This document shows positions 1 through 22,230 of a stretch of DNA of 64,000 nucleotides, in pieces. A program made the translations under genes and the position numbers. The stretch comes from the human T2T-CHM13v2.0 reference genome, Homo sapiens: assembly GCF_009914755.1 (NCBI RefSeq), contig NC_060941.1, one strand, 5' to 3'. The number at the start of each line of letters is the position of its first letter. Position 1 is the stretch's first letter. The notes beneath the pieces were generated by a model. That model was given only the letters and a program-made list of their open reading frames with translations. It made no database searches and was not told the origin of the DNA.

Positions 1-135
1 TAATTTTGTATTTTTAGTAGAGACAGGGTTTCACCAGATTGGTCAGGCTGGTCTCAAACTCCTGACCTCAGGTGATCCACCTGCCTCGGCCTCCCAAAGT
101 GCTGGGATTACAGGCATAAGCCACCACACCTGGCC
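1..135 (-). mobile_element. Alu (partial, window edge)
   Basis: Alu left-arm consensus in reverse. Confidence 0.9.
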
Positions 136-416
136 ATTAGTTATTTTTAAATATACAATTAAATTATTATTGATTATTGCCAGCCTATTGTGCTCTCTAA
201 CACTAGGTCTTATTCATTCTTTTTTTTTTGTACCCATTAACCATCCCCACCTCCCCACATTACTTTTTATTGCTGAGTTCTGTTCCATTGTATGAATGTA
301 CCACAATTTGTTATTCATTCAGAATGATAGTAATTTTAAAAATCAATATAATGCCCTAACTAGAACATACAACAGAAACTAACTCAAAGACGAGTTCTGT
401 ATAAAAGCTCAAGGAA

Positions 417-709
417 GCTGGGTGTGATGGTTCACAACTGTAATCCTAGCACCAAGGCAGGTGGATCACTTGAGGCCAGGAGCTCGAGACCAGCCTGGGC
501 AACAGAGCCCCCCGACCCCCCCAACTTCTACAAATATTTTTAAAAATTAGCCAGGCTTGGTGGTCCAGGTCTGTAGTCCCAGCTACTCAGGAGGCTGAGG
601 CAGGTAGATCACTTAAGGCCGGAAGGAAATTTGAGGCTTCAGTGAGTCGTGATGGTGCCACTGCACTCCAGCCTGGACAACAGAGACTCAAAAAAAAAAA
701 AAAAAAAAA
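417..709 (+). mobile_element. AluJ-like
   Basis: Dimeric Alu with A-tail. Confidence 0.85.
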
Positions 710-1167
710 GCTCAGCCATGACCACCCTGACCCTGACCACTCTGGAACATACAATGATACAGTCGGGCACTTATATACTATACATGTACTAGCTGCGAGT
801 ACAGCCAGGCAGAGGTGGGGCAGATGAGCACATCAACTACTAGCACCACTGTCCTGGACATCACACAACAGGGGGGCAGGGCTGGGCTTTGAGCCCAGGT
901 TTGTTTGGCTCTGAAGCCCAGTGGCTGGCCACTCCATGCAGGAGGGTACAGTGCTCTGTCGCCCAATGCATGGGGACTGGTGTTGAGCAGAGAAGATGGA
1001 CATGGGCAGATTTTAGCTGGATGGAAGGATGCGTTTCTCACAGGGCTGACCATTGGGGTAGCATGTTCTTTTTTTAATTACGTGGATGGCGTGTTTGGGC
1101 TGGCTCACCCTGGGATTTCTCCCATCCAGCCATGACCCAGACTCATTCACTAAGGTCTATATTTGCC

Positions 1168-1770
1168 TTTTTTTTTTATTATACTTTAAGTTCTAGGGTA
1201 CACGTGCACAATGTGCAGGTTTGTTACATATGTATACATGTGCCATGTTGGTGTGCTGCACCTATTAACTTGTCATTTACATTAGGTATACTGCCTAATG
1301 CTTTCCCTTCCCCCTTCCTCCACCCCACAACAGGCCCCGGTGTGTGATATTCCCCTTCCTGTGTCCATGTGTTCTCGTTGTTCAATTCCCACCTATGAGT
1401 GAGAACATGCAGTGTTTGGTTTTTTGTTCTTACGATAGTTTGCTGAGAATGATGGTTTCCAGCTTCATCCATGTCCCTACAAAGGACATGAACTTATCCT
1501 TTTTTATGGCTGCATAGTATTCCATGGCGTATATGTGCCACATTTTCTTAATCCAGTCTATCATTGATAGGCATTTGGGTTGGTTCCAAGTCTTTGCTAT
1601 TGTGAATAGTGCCACAATAAACATACATGTGCATGCGCCTTTATAGCAGCATGATTTATAATCCTTTGGGTATATACCCAGTAATGGGATGGCTGTGTCA
1701 AATGGTATTTCTAGTTCTAGATCCTTAAGGAATCGCCACAGTGTCTTCCACAATGGTTGAACTAGTTTAC
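1168..1770 (-). mobile_element. 5'-truncated L1PA (3' UTR and ORF2 C-terminus)
   Basis: T-tail followed by attatactttaagttctagggtac...; ORF 1430-1753 is the L1 ORF2 end (WRFLKDLELEIPFD). Confidence 0.93.
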
Positions 1771-1976
1771 CTTTTTAAAGGTATGTTTGTATTTCACTCA
1801 CTTTGCATTTCACGGTAACCCAATCCAGGGGCTTTTCCCTGGCACTTCCCACAGCACAGACATATGCTCCTTCCTTGCCTGCTGCCCTCAGGGGCCAGCA
1901 GCAGGGGTGGCACTGCACAGTCCCACTGGGGGCCTCCCTCAGGGCAGAATATAATTTTATGGAAGAAAGTGTCTAG

Positions 1977-2349
<373 letters not shown>

Positions 2350-3409
2350 TAATTTACCTACTGTGTTATTACTGAAGGAGTCTCTTGGTTGGTGGTAACC
2401 CCTTAGCTTCAGAGTGGCCTGTCCTTGCAAGGAAACTTTGAAGAATTTAGTCCAATATTAGTGTTACAGAGAAGGACCCAAGGTCCATAGGAAGTGGAAT
2501 GTAATACACAAGTTCTCCAGTCACTTCCTAACTCTGTTTTTAACATCTCACCCCAACAGTTTCCCCTGGATCCAAGTAAATGTGTAAGTCACGCTTTTAT
2601 TCTTAAGCTTTGCTTCTTCCTGTTTTCCTTGGAAATGTTTTCCTCTGCTCCTTATAACTTTTTGTGTTGAATGCTCAGTTCATTTATTTTGTTTTATTTA
2701 TTGGATTTTTGGTTTTGGTTTTTAGTCCCCTTTCCCCTCCTCTGTTGCTCACAGTGCAGACAACTTTGTGCAGTGGAAACAGTGCAGTCTTTGAGGCCCG
2801 AAAGTCTTTTGTTTTGATTCTTGGTTCAGCTTCCCGTGAGCAACTGTTAAGTCTGTTTTTTCGTATGTAAAAGGAAGGCAGTGATAGCCCTCTGCAGTGT
2901 TTTTTGAGGGTTAAATGGGATCGTGGTATGTAAGGAACATTGCGCAGTGCCTGATACATGGCAGATGCTCATCGGATTCCTGTCTCCTGATTGTTTCCCA
3001 CCCTCCACATTTACAATGCCCACCTAGTTAATAAAACAAGCAAAACCTCATGGTTTCTTTTTTCTTTTGTGTCATTTATATTAGTACTTCTTGCTGTAAT
3101 GTCACAGTGCACGAGCTGAGAGGTAAGTTGCCAGGAATAAGACGGGGACATAGCATAGAATAGCTATTAAAATGGGGGATTCTGGAGTCTGGCTGCTTCT
3201 TTCTGTCCCAGGCTTCTCCACAGACCAGCTGGATTAAGAAAATAGCATCAAAGCCTCAGGATCCTGCTATTTTGTTTTATTGGAACAAAAGCAGTTAAGA
3301 CAATGAATTTACTTCTAAGTATAGCTTTGTTTAAATTGTAGACACTGATATGTAATGCTGTCTTTCTCATTGTTTTAGAAACCTGCTATTTAAAAATCTT
3401 TTTAATTTA

Positions 3410-4310
<901 letters not shown>

Positions 4311-4511
4311 TTAATGTATCTACCAGATCTTTCCTCTCAGATAGTGTGAATACAATCGATTCAAACATTATGAAGTACCATTTCCGAATAGTGCTGAGAA
4401 TACAATTTCTTCTTGTTTTTGTGCTCCTATTCATGGTTCCAGAGGTTCTCAAGAGTTAGCACAGTATTTGCCTCAGTTGCATAGAAGCTGAGGAAAAGTT
4501 TGCAGTATTAA

Positions 4512-5348
<837 letters not shown>

Positions 5349-5538
5349 TTAAATAAATCACATTACACATTACTCTTAAATTTGTATCTATGTCTAGCCC
5401 TCAGACAAACAGTGATGCTTATTCTTTGCATTGGCAATGAGGTGGTCATTGAATGCTAGAATTATGAATTTTAATTTCATAAAATTTAATTAAGTTTTCA
5501 AAAATCAAAATAAAATGGATTTATTTCAATCATTTTGA

Positions 5539-6221
<683 letters not shown>

Positions 6222-8710
6222 AATAGATACTTTTCAATATTTGAAAAGAATATTGTTTGAGATTCTGACAAAATTAAATTTTTTACATAAAAATATTTTT
6301 GATTAAAATATTAAGATATTTGTACTTTGAATATGACTGTTTTAATCCTTACATGTATTTTAAATCTTGACAATAATAACATAATTGATTTTGCTGAAAG
6401 GAAGATAAGAAAAATAAATTTCATGGAATACTTTCAGTAATTTATAAATTACACATTTCTTTATTTTATTACTCGCTTCAATATGAGGAATTGCTTGAAC
6501 CTGGGAGGCAGAGGCTGCAGTGAACTGAGATCACATCACTGCACTCCAACTGGGGCAACAGAGTGATATTCCATCTCAAAAAAAAAAAAGCAAAGAAATT
6601 GTATGATCTTTGACATTTTGCTAACTTTCTGTTATCTACAAATCATAGCTTCATACACATCTAAAAAATTTTATCCTTTTAAAGGAATATTTGTCAGGGG
6701 CTGAGGCTAGAATATACTTTATTTAACACCCTGTTAGTTTAATTTATAACTTGCAAATATTTAGACAGACGGCCTGTGGCATCCATCTGTCCTCTTGCCC
6801 TGAGCCGCACATCCAGACTTGACTCATGGGCCCCAGCTTGGCTTTTCCAGTTCTTTGAATGGATAGGAATCTACCCAGAGCTCATGTTTGTCATAGCTGG
6901 GGAGCTGGGGGTGGAGGGTCCCTCTGGTCCCCCTTTGAATGCTGCAGACACCATCTTCTCTCAGATTTTAAGCTGCAGAGACCAAATTTCCAGCATGTGG
7001 TCCTGAGCTATGGAAACTTCTCCTCCTGCCCAGGACTCTCACTCTACAGAGACGCATTCATTCAGGTCCCTGAAGCCCCTGTAGAGTTTTGGCCATAAAT
7101 GGTTCCTCATAAAGTGGTGCCCCCAGGAGCTCAGCCTCCGCCCCCACGCCCCGGCAGGCCTCCTGTCCCAGGGCGCCATGTGCTGCTGCCCTGCTGGGAT
7201 GAGAAGTCTGGAGGGCACGGGGCAGCATTGCCCACTTAGAAGTCCCTTGTACTTTCTTTCTGCCAGATGCTGCCGCGCTGTTTCGGAGGGAAGAGTGGGC
7301 CAGCAGTAACAAAATGTTTCCTCCCTTGCACCTTTTTCGCTACAGTTGGTAGAAACTTCTCCCAGACTTCCTTGGTGACTAATGGTGTTGGGATGTTGTG
7401 GCCTTCGCCGGGAGGGGACAAGTTGTCAGCTCACAGTTTCACAGATGGTTGACCGATGCTGACTGTAGCTGGCAGGTCTCTTTTGGCTGCAAGTGACAGA
7501 AACCCAACTCAAACTTGTTCGCAAGTAGGGACATTTATTGTTTCTCAGAATTGAAGGAAGGGGAAGGGTGAGTCTGGGTCCCAGAAGGGGTGGACCGTGG
7601 GATTGGAATCCCATCCAGACTCCACTCCCTCTTCACAGAAGCTTAGCGCCTCAGATGGGCTGTGTCCTCTGGCCCCGCACACATGGGCTTCCTGTTGGGA
7701 GCTGAGCAGCTCCACCAGCTTCCACTTGCAAATGTAGCGACTGGTGCACAAGTGTTCCTATGCATATGGGGGGTGACAGGAGGCAGGGCCCTGGGACTGG
7801 CAGCCCCTGCCTAAAACCCCATGAGAGAAGGAGTTCCCCCAAAGGTGGTGCTGTTCCCAGAAAGGAAGGGAACAGCCCGTGCTCTCCACCCTGTCCTGCT
7901 TGGCCATTTTCTTCACAGATGTCACCTGTCCTTCCAGGCACAGCTGCTATTTCTGCCTGATGCTTGGCCAGTTTGCATGGTTAAAACCAGCATATTTCCA
8001 GGAGATGGATAATGTCACAGAACTGGGGTTCCAGAAGGCTGGGGTGGTCCAGCACTCCCACCTTCTTTAGAACATGGAGAGCTGTTAGTTGGGCAGGGCT
8101 GAAGCTTAGGTGGCGAGGAATAGGAGGCTCCTACTGCAGACACCCTTGTTCTTCGGATCCTCCCAGAAATCCCTAGGCCACCTGGAACCCGGGGTCAGAG
8201 AGGGATGGGAGAGAAGTAGGCTATGAAAGGGGGTGGGAACACACCTTCTGGAACCACTGTCTTCCTTGAGAAAACCCCGAGAGGGGGCGTAATGGGCAGG
8301 GATGGACCTTCCTCCTTCCCGAGGCTCAGTGACACTTATCTCTGAGGGACCCTCCTGAGGCAGTGTGGGGTGGATTGTTGTTTGTCCGAAATTCTGGGAT
8401 CTTGTAAATTTTATTTGCTAAATTTTATCAGCTCTAGGGGTAGGAGGATGAGAGGAGCAAAAGAATGGTCCCAAGCTCAGGCTGGTGTGGAGTGAGTCTT
8501 AGACAGAAAAAGAGACCAGAGAGGAAACAAGCCCACAAGGGTAGCCATCCTGTCCAACCGGAAGCCGCCTGACACTTGAAGGCGATGGATGGAAGAACTC
8601 AGCCCTCTGCCTCCTTAGCAACATACACCTACTTTAAGGGGAAAGACACACCTTCCCTCAGTGACAGAAACAGCCCCAGATTTTCAGATTTATCAAAAGT
8701 ATATTTTTTC

Positions 8711-9150
8711 CAGGATGGGTGTAGTGGCTTACACCTGTAATCCCAGCACTTTGGGAGGCAAGGTGGGTAGATCACTTGAGATCAGGAGTTTGAGACCAGT
8801 CTGGCCAACATGGTGAAACCCCATCTCTACTAAAAATACAAAAATTAGCCAGGTGTGGTGGTGGGTGCCTGCAATCTCAGCTACTTGGGAAGCTGTGGCA
8901 GCAGAATCGCTTGAGCCTGGGAGGTGGTGGAGGGTGAAGTGAGCTGAGATTCTACCACTGTACTCCAGCCTGGGTGACAAAGCTAGACTCTGTTTCAAAA
9001 AAAAAAAAAAAGTTTTTTTTTTTTTTTTAATGTGGAGATGAGGTCTTGGTATGTTTCCAAGGTTGGTCTGAAACTCCTGGCCTTAAGCGATCCTCCCACC
9101 TCAGGCTCCCAAAGTGCTGGGATTACAGACATGAGCCACCACGCCAGGCC
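8711..9150. mobile_element. Tail-to-tail Alu (plus) and monomeric Alu/FLAM (minus)
   Basis: A-run abuts T-run near 9012. Confidence 0.85.
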
Positions 9151-9159
9151 AGCCTTTCA

Positions 9160-9750
9160 GTTTTCATGGCATTGGCCATTTTGAGCAATACAGACCAGTA
9201 ATTTTAAAGATTTTCAGTGAGTTCAACTCTGATGTTTCCTCAGGATTAGACACAGGCTATGCATCCCTGGATAGAATACTACATAAATGATGTGTCCTCC
9301 CTGGGAATCACATCTTGGGGGCACACACTCTCTCTCTGTCCCTCACTGGAGATGTTAATTTTGATTGCAAGATCAAAAAATGTCTGGTTATCCATTGTAT
9401 AGTTACTGATTTTTTTCTATGCAATGAATAAACAATCTCTGGGGAGACCCTATAAGATCGTGGACATATCCAGTTCTTCAGCAGGCTTCCCACCACCTCA
9501 GATTTAGCATCCGATGATGATTCTTGCTGAAATCAATCTATGATGGTTGAAAAATGATTATTATTTTCCAACTTCATGACTTCTTCCACATTTATCAGTC
9601 AACCTTTTATTGTCAGGAAGAGGTTTCCAATTCAGCTCCACACTATGTATCTTTTTGTCAATTTATTATTATTATGGGCTCATGAATTCCTATTCCATTC
9701 AATGTATAATCTGTTACTATCATCTATTTTGATGGTCTAATAGTCCCAGA
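9160..9750 (-). mobile_element. Old L1M (L1MC-like) 3' fragment
   Basis: Degenerate L1MC 3' UTR-like sequence (tctgatgtttcctcaggattaga...). Confidence 0.55.
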
Positions 9751-9751
9751 T

Positions 9752-10829
9752 TACCTTGAAAACCATTATGCAATGATTTCTTAGATATGACACCAAAAGC
9801 ACATGCAACAAAAGGAAAAATAGATAAATTGCATATCATCAAAATTAAAAACTTTGGGGCTTCAAAGAACACCACCAAGAAAGTGAAAGGCAACCCACAG
9901 AATGGGAAAAAATATCTGCCATATATCTGCTGCTGGTCTAGTATCCAGAATATATAAAGAACACTTCCAACTCAGTAATAAAAAGAAAACTCAATTTTAA
10001 ACTGGGCAAAAGTTTGGGAAAATAGCTATTTTCCCAAAGATATACAATGGCCAATAAGCACATGAAAGTAAAATCAACATTCATAACCATCCAGGAAATG
10101 CAAATCAAAACCACAAAATGATACCAGTTCACACCCACTAGGAGAACTTTTGTCAAGAAGACAGACAATAACAAATATTGGTGAAGATGTAGAGAAGTTA
10201 GAACCTTCATATACTGTTGATGGGAATGCAAAATGATGCAGTCACTTTGGAAATCTGGTAGGCCTCAAAAGCTTAAACCTAGGGTTACCCCATGACCCAG
10301 CAACTCTACTCCAAAGAAATGAAAACATATATCCACACAAAAACTTATACGTGAATGTCCATGGCAGCATTATTCACGATAGCCAAAAATAGAAATAACC
10401 CAGATGTCCATCAACTGATGAATGGATAGACAAAATATGGTCTATTCATACAATGGAATATTATTCAACCATAGAAAGGAATAAAGTATCATTATGCGCT
10501 CCAGCCTGAATGAACCTTGAAAACATTAAGTGAAAGAAGCCAGATACAAAATGCCATGTTTTATGTAACTCCATGTATATGAAATGTCCAGAGTAGGCAA
10601 ATCCATAGAGACAGAAAGTAGACTAGTGGTTGCCAGGCATTGGGAGGAGCGGGGTGGGCAGTAACTGCTAAATGGGGTTTTGTTTTAGATTGGTGAAAAT
10701 ATTCTAAAACTGAGTGAGGTGGTAGTTGCATAACTCTGCAAATATACTAAAAACCATTGAATTGTACACGTTAATGGAATTAATTGTATGATACATGAAT
10801 TATATCTCAATAAAGCTGTTACCAAAAAA
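9752..10829 (+). mobile_element. Old L1M (L1MB/ME-like) ORF2 end and 3' UTR
   Basis: gatttcttagatatgacaccaaaagca ... atggaatattattca ... tatatctcaataaagctgtt. Confidence 0.85.
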
Positions 10830-11181
10830 TATTGTCCAAGATCTGGCCAGTCAGTGCCTCTTTGAGCTAGCTCTTGTGTCCATTTGACATGCCCCAATCC
10901 ATACTTTGAGCATTTTTAAAATTTCTGGTACAACAAGAATCCAGACTGATCTCATAACCCTTTCCTGCTACAGCCTGGGAATCAGCCACATTCCCTAGAG
11001 TCGTGGTTCCCTGTTGTGTGGAATGTGAACCAAGATCTGGCCATTATTTCATTTAATCATCACATCTTATTTTCTGCTTTTAGAAACCAAAAGAATGTCT
11101 CATTGTGGGGTGCGACCAGTATATGCAGGAAGTTTTAGAATGAAAAAGATTCTGAATTGATCCTTGCTAACTTTATTTCAG

Positions 11182-11266
11182 AAAGTGGTAAAATAGCTGT
11201 GGAGTATGACCCAGTGAAGAGATTGTAAATATCAGATGGGAAAAAGAACTACACAGTTTAATTCAA
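11182..11266 (+). pseudogene. Isolated RDM1-like exon remnant: (E)SGKIAVEY/PSEEIVNIRWEKELHSLIQ, 1-nt frameshift
   Basis: ctttatttcag| acceptor, CAA|gtatgt donor; peptide resembles recalled RDM1 ESGKIAVEYRPSEDIVGVRCEEELHGLIQ. Confidence 0.75.
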
Positions 11267-11296
11267 GTATGTGGAGATAAAAACTCAAGAGTAACA

Positions 11297-12095
<799 letters not shown>

Positions 12096-12335
12096 TTAGT
12101 CTCCCCCCGCTCCAGGAGTAAGGGATGCTGGGCTGCTCGAACACAGGCCTTGTTAGAACTCCCTTCAAACAGGATCCCAGAGATGTGGGGAGAAGGTAAC
12201 TGGCCTTAAGAATGATTGCGCTACAGCTTTCAAAAACTATAATGCCTTTCAAATATGGCTTATTGCTTGGATCTCAATATCTCCCACGTATCTTGGGTGG
12301 AATATTTTGCCGAAGATCTTTCTGTCAATCATTTA

Positions 12336-13021
<686 letters not shown>

Positions 13022-13374
13022 CATATGAAAGCTCTTAAATAGGGATTGTTTCTAAATTAATCTCAAAACAGTCATTATTTACTATTTATGGAAACTTTTT
13101 TAAAAAAAGGAGCAAAAGTATCATTTCAGTGGGAACTTAACTTGGGGCTACAGTGTTTTATTTAACTTTTACCCCAAAGTTGCAAAGTGTTTTGAAATTT
13201 TTCCCTGTAAAATAATAATTTTAATTCAATTTAAATAAAACCCACCAAGGAGACTTCAAGCTTTAAGAAGTCTAGCTTCCTGTGAAATGTGAGAGGAAGT
13301 CAGCACTCATTTCAGAAATCTGATTATAACAATAGCTCCATCCCTAAATGAGGTGAATCTTGGAATCTCTTCCA

Positions 13375-13683
<309 letters not shown>

Positions 13684-14367
13684 CCCCTTCAATTTTAAAG
13701 CCATCACTATGCACCCTATGCCTATGCCAGGCACTGGAATAAGATGAAGCACCTTCTTGGAGTTTACATGCTGGTAATTATGCCAGACAGTAATAAAATA
13801 GGTAAGAACGGCTGTGGGGGAAGTCAGCTGGGTTCTAGTTACAGTCGCATTTCAGGAAATGATTTAACATGCTGACTTTAACAACCTAAGCCTCTTCTCC
13901 ATGTGTGCACACAGGGTAGATCTCTGAACACAGGTGACCCTAGAAGTGCTGTAACTTCTAGGGGAATGGCTGTGTTGAGTCAAGGCAGGATGACAGTTCA
14001 GCCTCCTCCCAGGCTAGTGCAAAGGGCTCTTCACTCGGATTAAAACCTTCTCTCCCAGACCGAATTGCCAACTCCCAACACCCCTCCTACAGAAAATTTG
14101 GAGTCCTCGCTCATTCCCTGGCAGCCCCTACCTAATAGGGTGGTGAATTAATTATCAAACATGCGACAGTTTAGCGAAAATGGCAACACTTTGGAATAAA
14201 TGACTGTAATGTACATCCTGGCGCCCATTTTGCAGGTCAGTTGCTCTCCCTGGAAGGAAGAGTGTTCTCGGATTTCACCTTAAAGGAGGAAGGCTGCCAG
14301 AACTGAACTAGCACTTCTGAATATCCTGAGGCGAGGTCCGGTGACTTCCTTGGGAAGCTCTGCCGCG

Positions 14368-17242
<2,875 letters not shown>

Positions 17243-17938
17243 TAAGAATCACCTTTCCTCAATTGCCCTCTGTGTCCTGCCTGACATGGCAGCCTTTTCC
17301 TGGAGGCCTTCCTGGGCCTTCTTTATCTCCCCAAGCCATATGGACAACTGACTTTCTGCTTTCACCTTTGCTTGTCAACTCTCCCTTCTCCTCATTCTCC
17401 TTTAATGTTAGGCCCCTTCTCCAGTCTTTTCCTTTTACTCTGGTCTTTTACTCGTTTTCGTATCCATTTTTATTTAGCCCCATCACATCATTGCTTAACC
17501 GCTGCTCTCCTCCCATTTTTGCTTCACCCTCTTTACAGCAGCCTGTCCCTCTCCCGATCTCAGTGATGATGCTCTAAGTGGTTAAGAGTTGATTCCAGAG
17601 CCAGGCTGCCTGGGTTTGAACCCAGATCTATTTATTAGCTTGGTGACCCAGAGCAAGTTATTCTGCCTGTGACTCAATTTCCTCACCTTTAAACTGGGGA
17701 TCATGCTAGTTAGCATTTCATAGGATTGTTGTGAAATTTAGGTGAGTGAATATATGAAACACTTCATCAGTGCTTAGCATATGTAGGAGAGTTGGCTGTT
17801 CACATGATTATTCAGTCCTTTAGTTTTGTCCAGAACTCATCTTTGTCCCTAGCTTTCTATATGTAGAACTAGTTTTATGTCAAACCCAGGGCCAAGTATG
17901 CTACTGTCTCCAGAACACGAAAATGATAGGAGGGAAGA

Positions 17939-18414
<476 letters not shown>

Positions 18415-19287
18415 TTAAAGAGTAGCTATAATTTGTTAAATAGAAAAAAAATGGGAGTACAGTCTAGGCAAACGCTTGGCTACAGGTATGGTTGGAATTT
18501 AGTAGACCAACGTGGTTACAAAGAATTAGGTGAGGGAGCAATGAAGATATGATTCTGTAAAACCTTGATTATCAGCTACAGGAGTTTGAAAGTTACACAA
18601 TGAGGTATGGAAAGCCATTGAAAGTTTCCAAGCAAGAGATTACATGATCAAAACAGGAAGATTATTTTATTTTGTTTTTTGCATTATGTGCAAGTGTAGA
18701 CATGCAGAGGATTGTTTTAGAATCCATATGTAAAGTGTCCAAAAGGAAAAGCTTAATTCAGGGAGACAAAATAGAAAGGTCTAGCAAAATCTAGGAGTGA
18801 AGTGTGAAGGGGCCAAATCAGATCAGTTGTAATAGGAGTGGAAAGAAAAAGCCTAGGATGTTTCAACAGAGGGCACTGGGCCAAAGCTTTGGTGTTACCT
18901 GGCATAGGGTTTCTTTCTTCTCATTTGTTGATAATGATAAGCTTTTGCCCATATTTCTGTGGAATTATTTACCATTTTGGTACTGATTTGTAGAAGTCTG
19001 TTTAGACACATAAGTGCTTTTAGATAAAATACTTACATTCAAAGTAATTAACTGGCATCATCTGTCCAAGAGATGGGATGGATAAGAAGTTAAGCTTCCA
19101 GGAGATGCCTCATCATTTGTGCCAGTGACCCCGCATAATTTCTTGATGAATTGTGCAAACTGGGAAGCTGATAGCTCTGGAAATGAGAAAGCAGGTGTTA
19201 TTTTCTGTTTCTGAATATCCCCAACAAGGTTGCAATGATTCTTTTACTTATCGTGTTCATTGTTTTCCTACCTATTCAAGGATATAA

Positions 19288-19377
<90 letters not shown>

Positions 19378-19544
19378 TGAGTATATTCTCTCCAAATATG
19401 ACAAAAAGCTAACTGCATTGTAAGATCTTTCTTGGTCCAGCATTTTGAGGTCGGTACCTCTGAGGAAAGATATTTCTCCTCCATGCCCCAAATCAACCAC
19501 TGTTGACTGCAATTGTATGGTTATTTTAAAATTAAATTTGGTAG

Positions 19545-19947
<403 letters not shown>

Positions 19948-20883
19948 CATGATTCCATTTTTAATGTATAAAAATGCAATAACAGATATAACAAAAACTC
20001 TCCTTGTGCCCTACTCCCTCATCCCTGAAGTAATGCTACTCTGCATTTAGTATACATGCTTCCAGACTTTTCCCCATTTACCTACATACATATTTACATA
20101 AAGCAAAATAGATTTGTTTTGTGGTTTTTAAAATTTTTTCTTCACATAAAGGGTAACATCTTACAACGTGATTCTTTCACTTCATGATATGCCTTAGATT
20201 TCTTTCCTTCCCAGTACTTAGAGGGTCACCCCATTCATTTAAACTCCTGCATAATCCATAGTATGGATGCATCATGGTTTATTTAATAATTCCCCCATTG
20301 ATGAATGTTTAGATTATGCTTAGTTTTCTTGTTACATGCATTGCTGCAATGAAATCCCTGTACATGCTTCTTTGTGAACATGTGCAAGTATTCCTGTAGC
20401 ATAGATATCTAGAAATGGAATTGTTGGGGTGAAGACTATGTAGATATAAAATTTTAATTGCCTTCAAAAATTTTGTGCCAACTTACTCTATTGTCAGCAG
20501 AATATGACAGCATTCATTTCCCGACACCTTTTCACTGCTGGGTATTCTCCAACTTTTTGCTGAAGTTATGGATGAATAAAAGGGATTCCATCTAAATGTG
20601 AATTTTTCTGATTACTCATGAATTTAATTAAATATCTTTATACGTTTGTTGAACATTTGTGCTTCTTCTCTGAGTTTTCTGGCCTTTGTTCATTTTCCTG
20701 TTGAATTGTTTTATCATTTTCTTACTGATTTATAGAAGGAATTGGTTTAGACACATAAGTGATTTTGGAAAAAATGCTTACATTCAAAGTAACTGACATT
20801 TTTCACAACAGTTTGTGTGTCACATCATTATTTCAATGTATATAGACAAGCCATGATGAGTTCTAAATTAAAAATAAACATAT

Positions 20884-21672
<789 letters not shown>

Positions 21673-22029
21673 TAAATTAAATATAAACAACATTTATGTT
21701 ATGTGCACTTTATGCACATTATAGTTCTCCAATTTTTTTGATGGAGGGGAAAAGGTTGAATGGCTTCACTTGCAGCCCTGACATGGTTCCATGTGGGGCT
21801 TTCATAATAAGGTTTGGGAAAAGAGAGGAGGAAATGGAGGTTCTGCTGATCTTGGTGCCACCCAGAGTTGATTCTAAAAGGGATTTTGTGATCTAGACAG
21901 GAGGCATGAAATAATACAATTTGGTGGGAAGAGTGGGTAGGGGTGTGCTTGAGTGTGTGTGTGTGTGTTTGTGGTGGTGGTGGAGAGAGATGGACACAAA
22001 AAGGAAAATGTAAGAAAAGGTTTGAATGA

Positions 22030-22230
<201 letters not shown>

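Noticed and set aside
1430-1753. 107-aa ORF
   Set aside because: C-terminus of L1 ORF2 in a 5'-truncated element.
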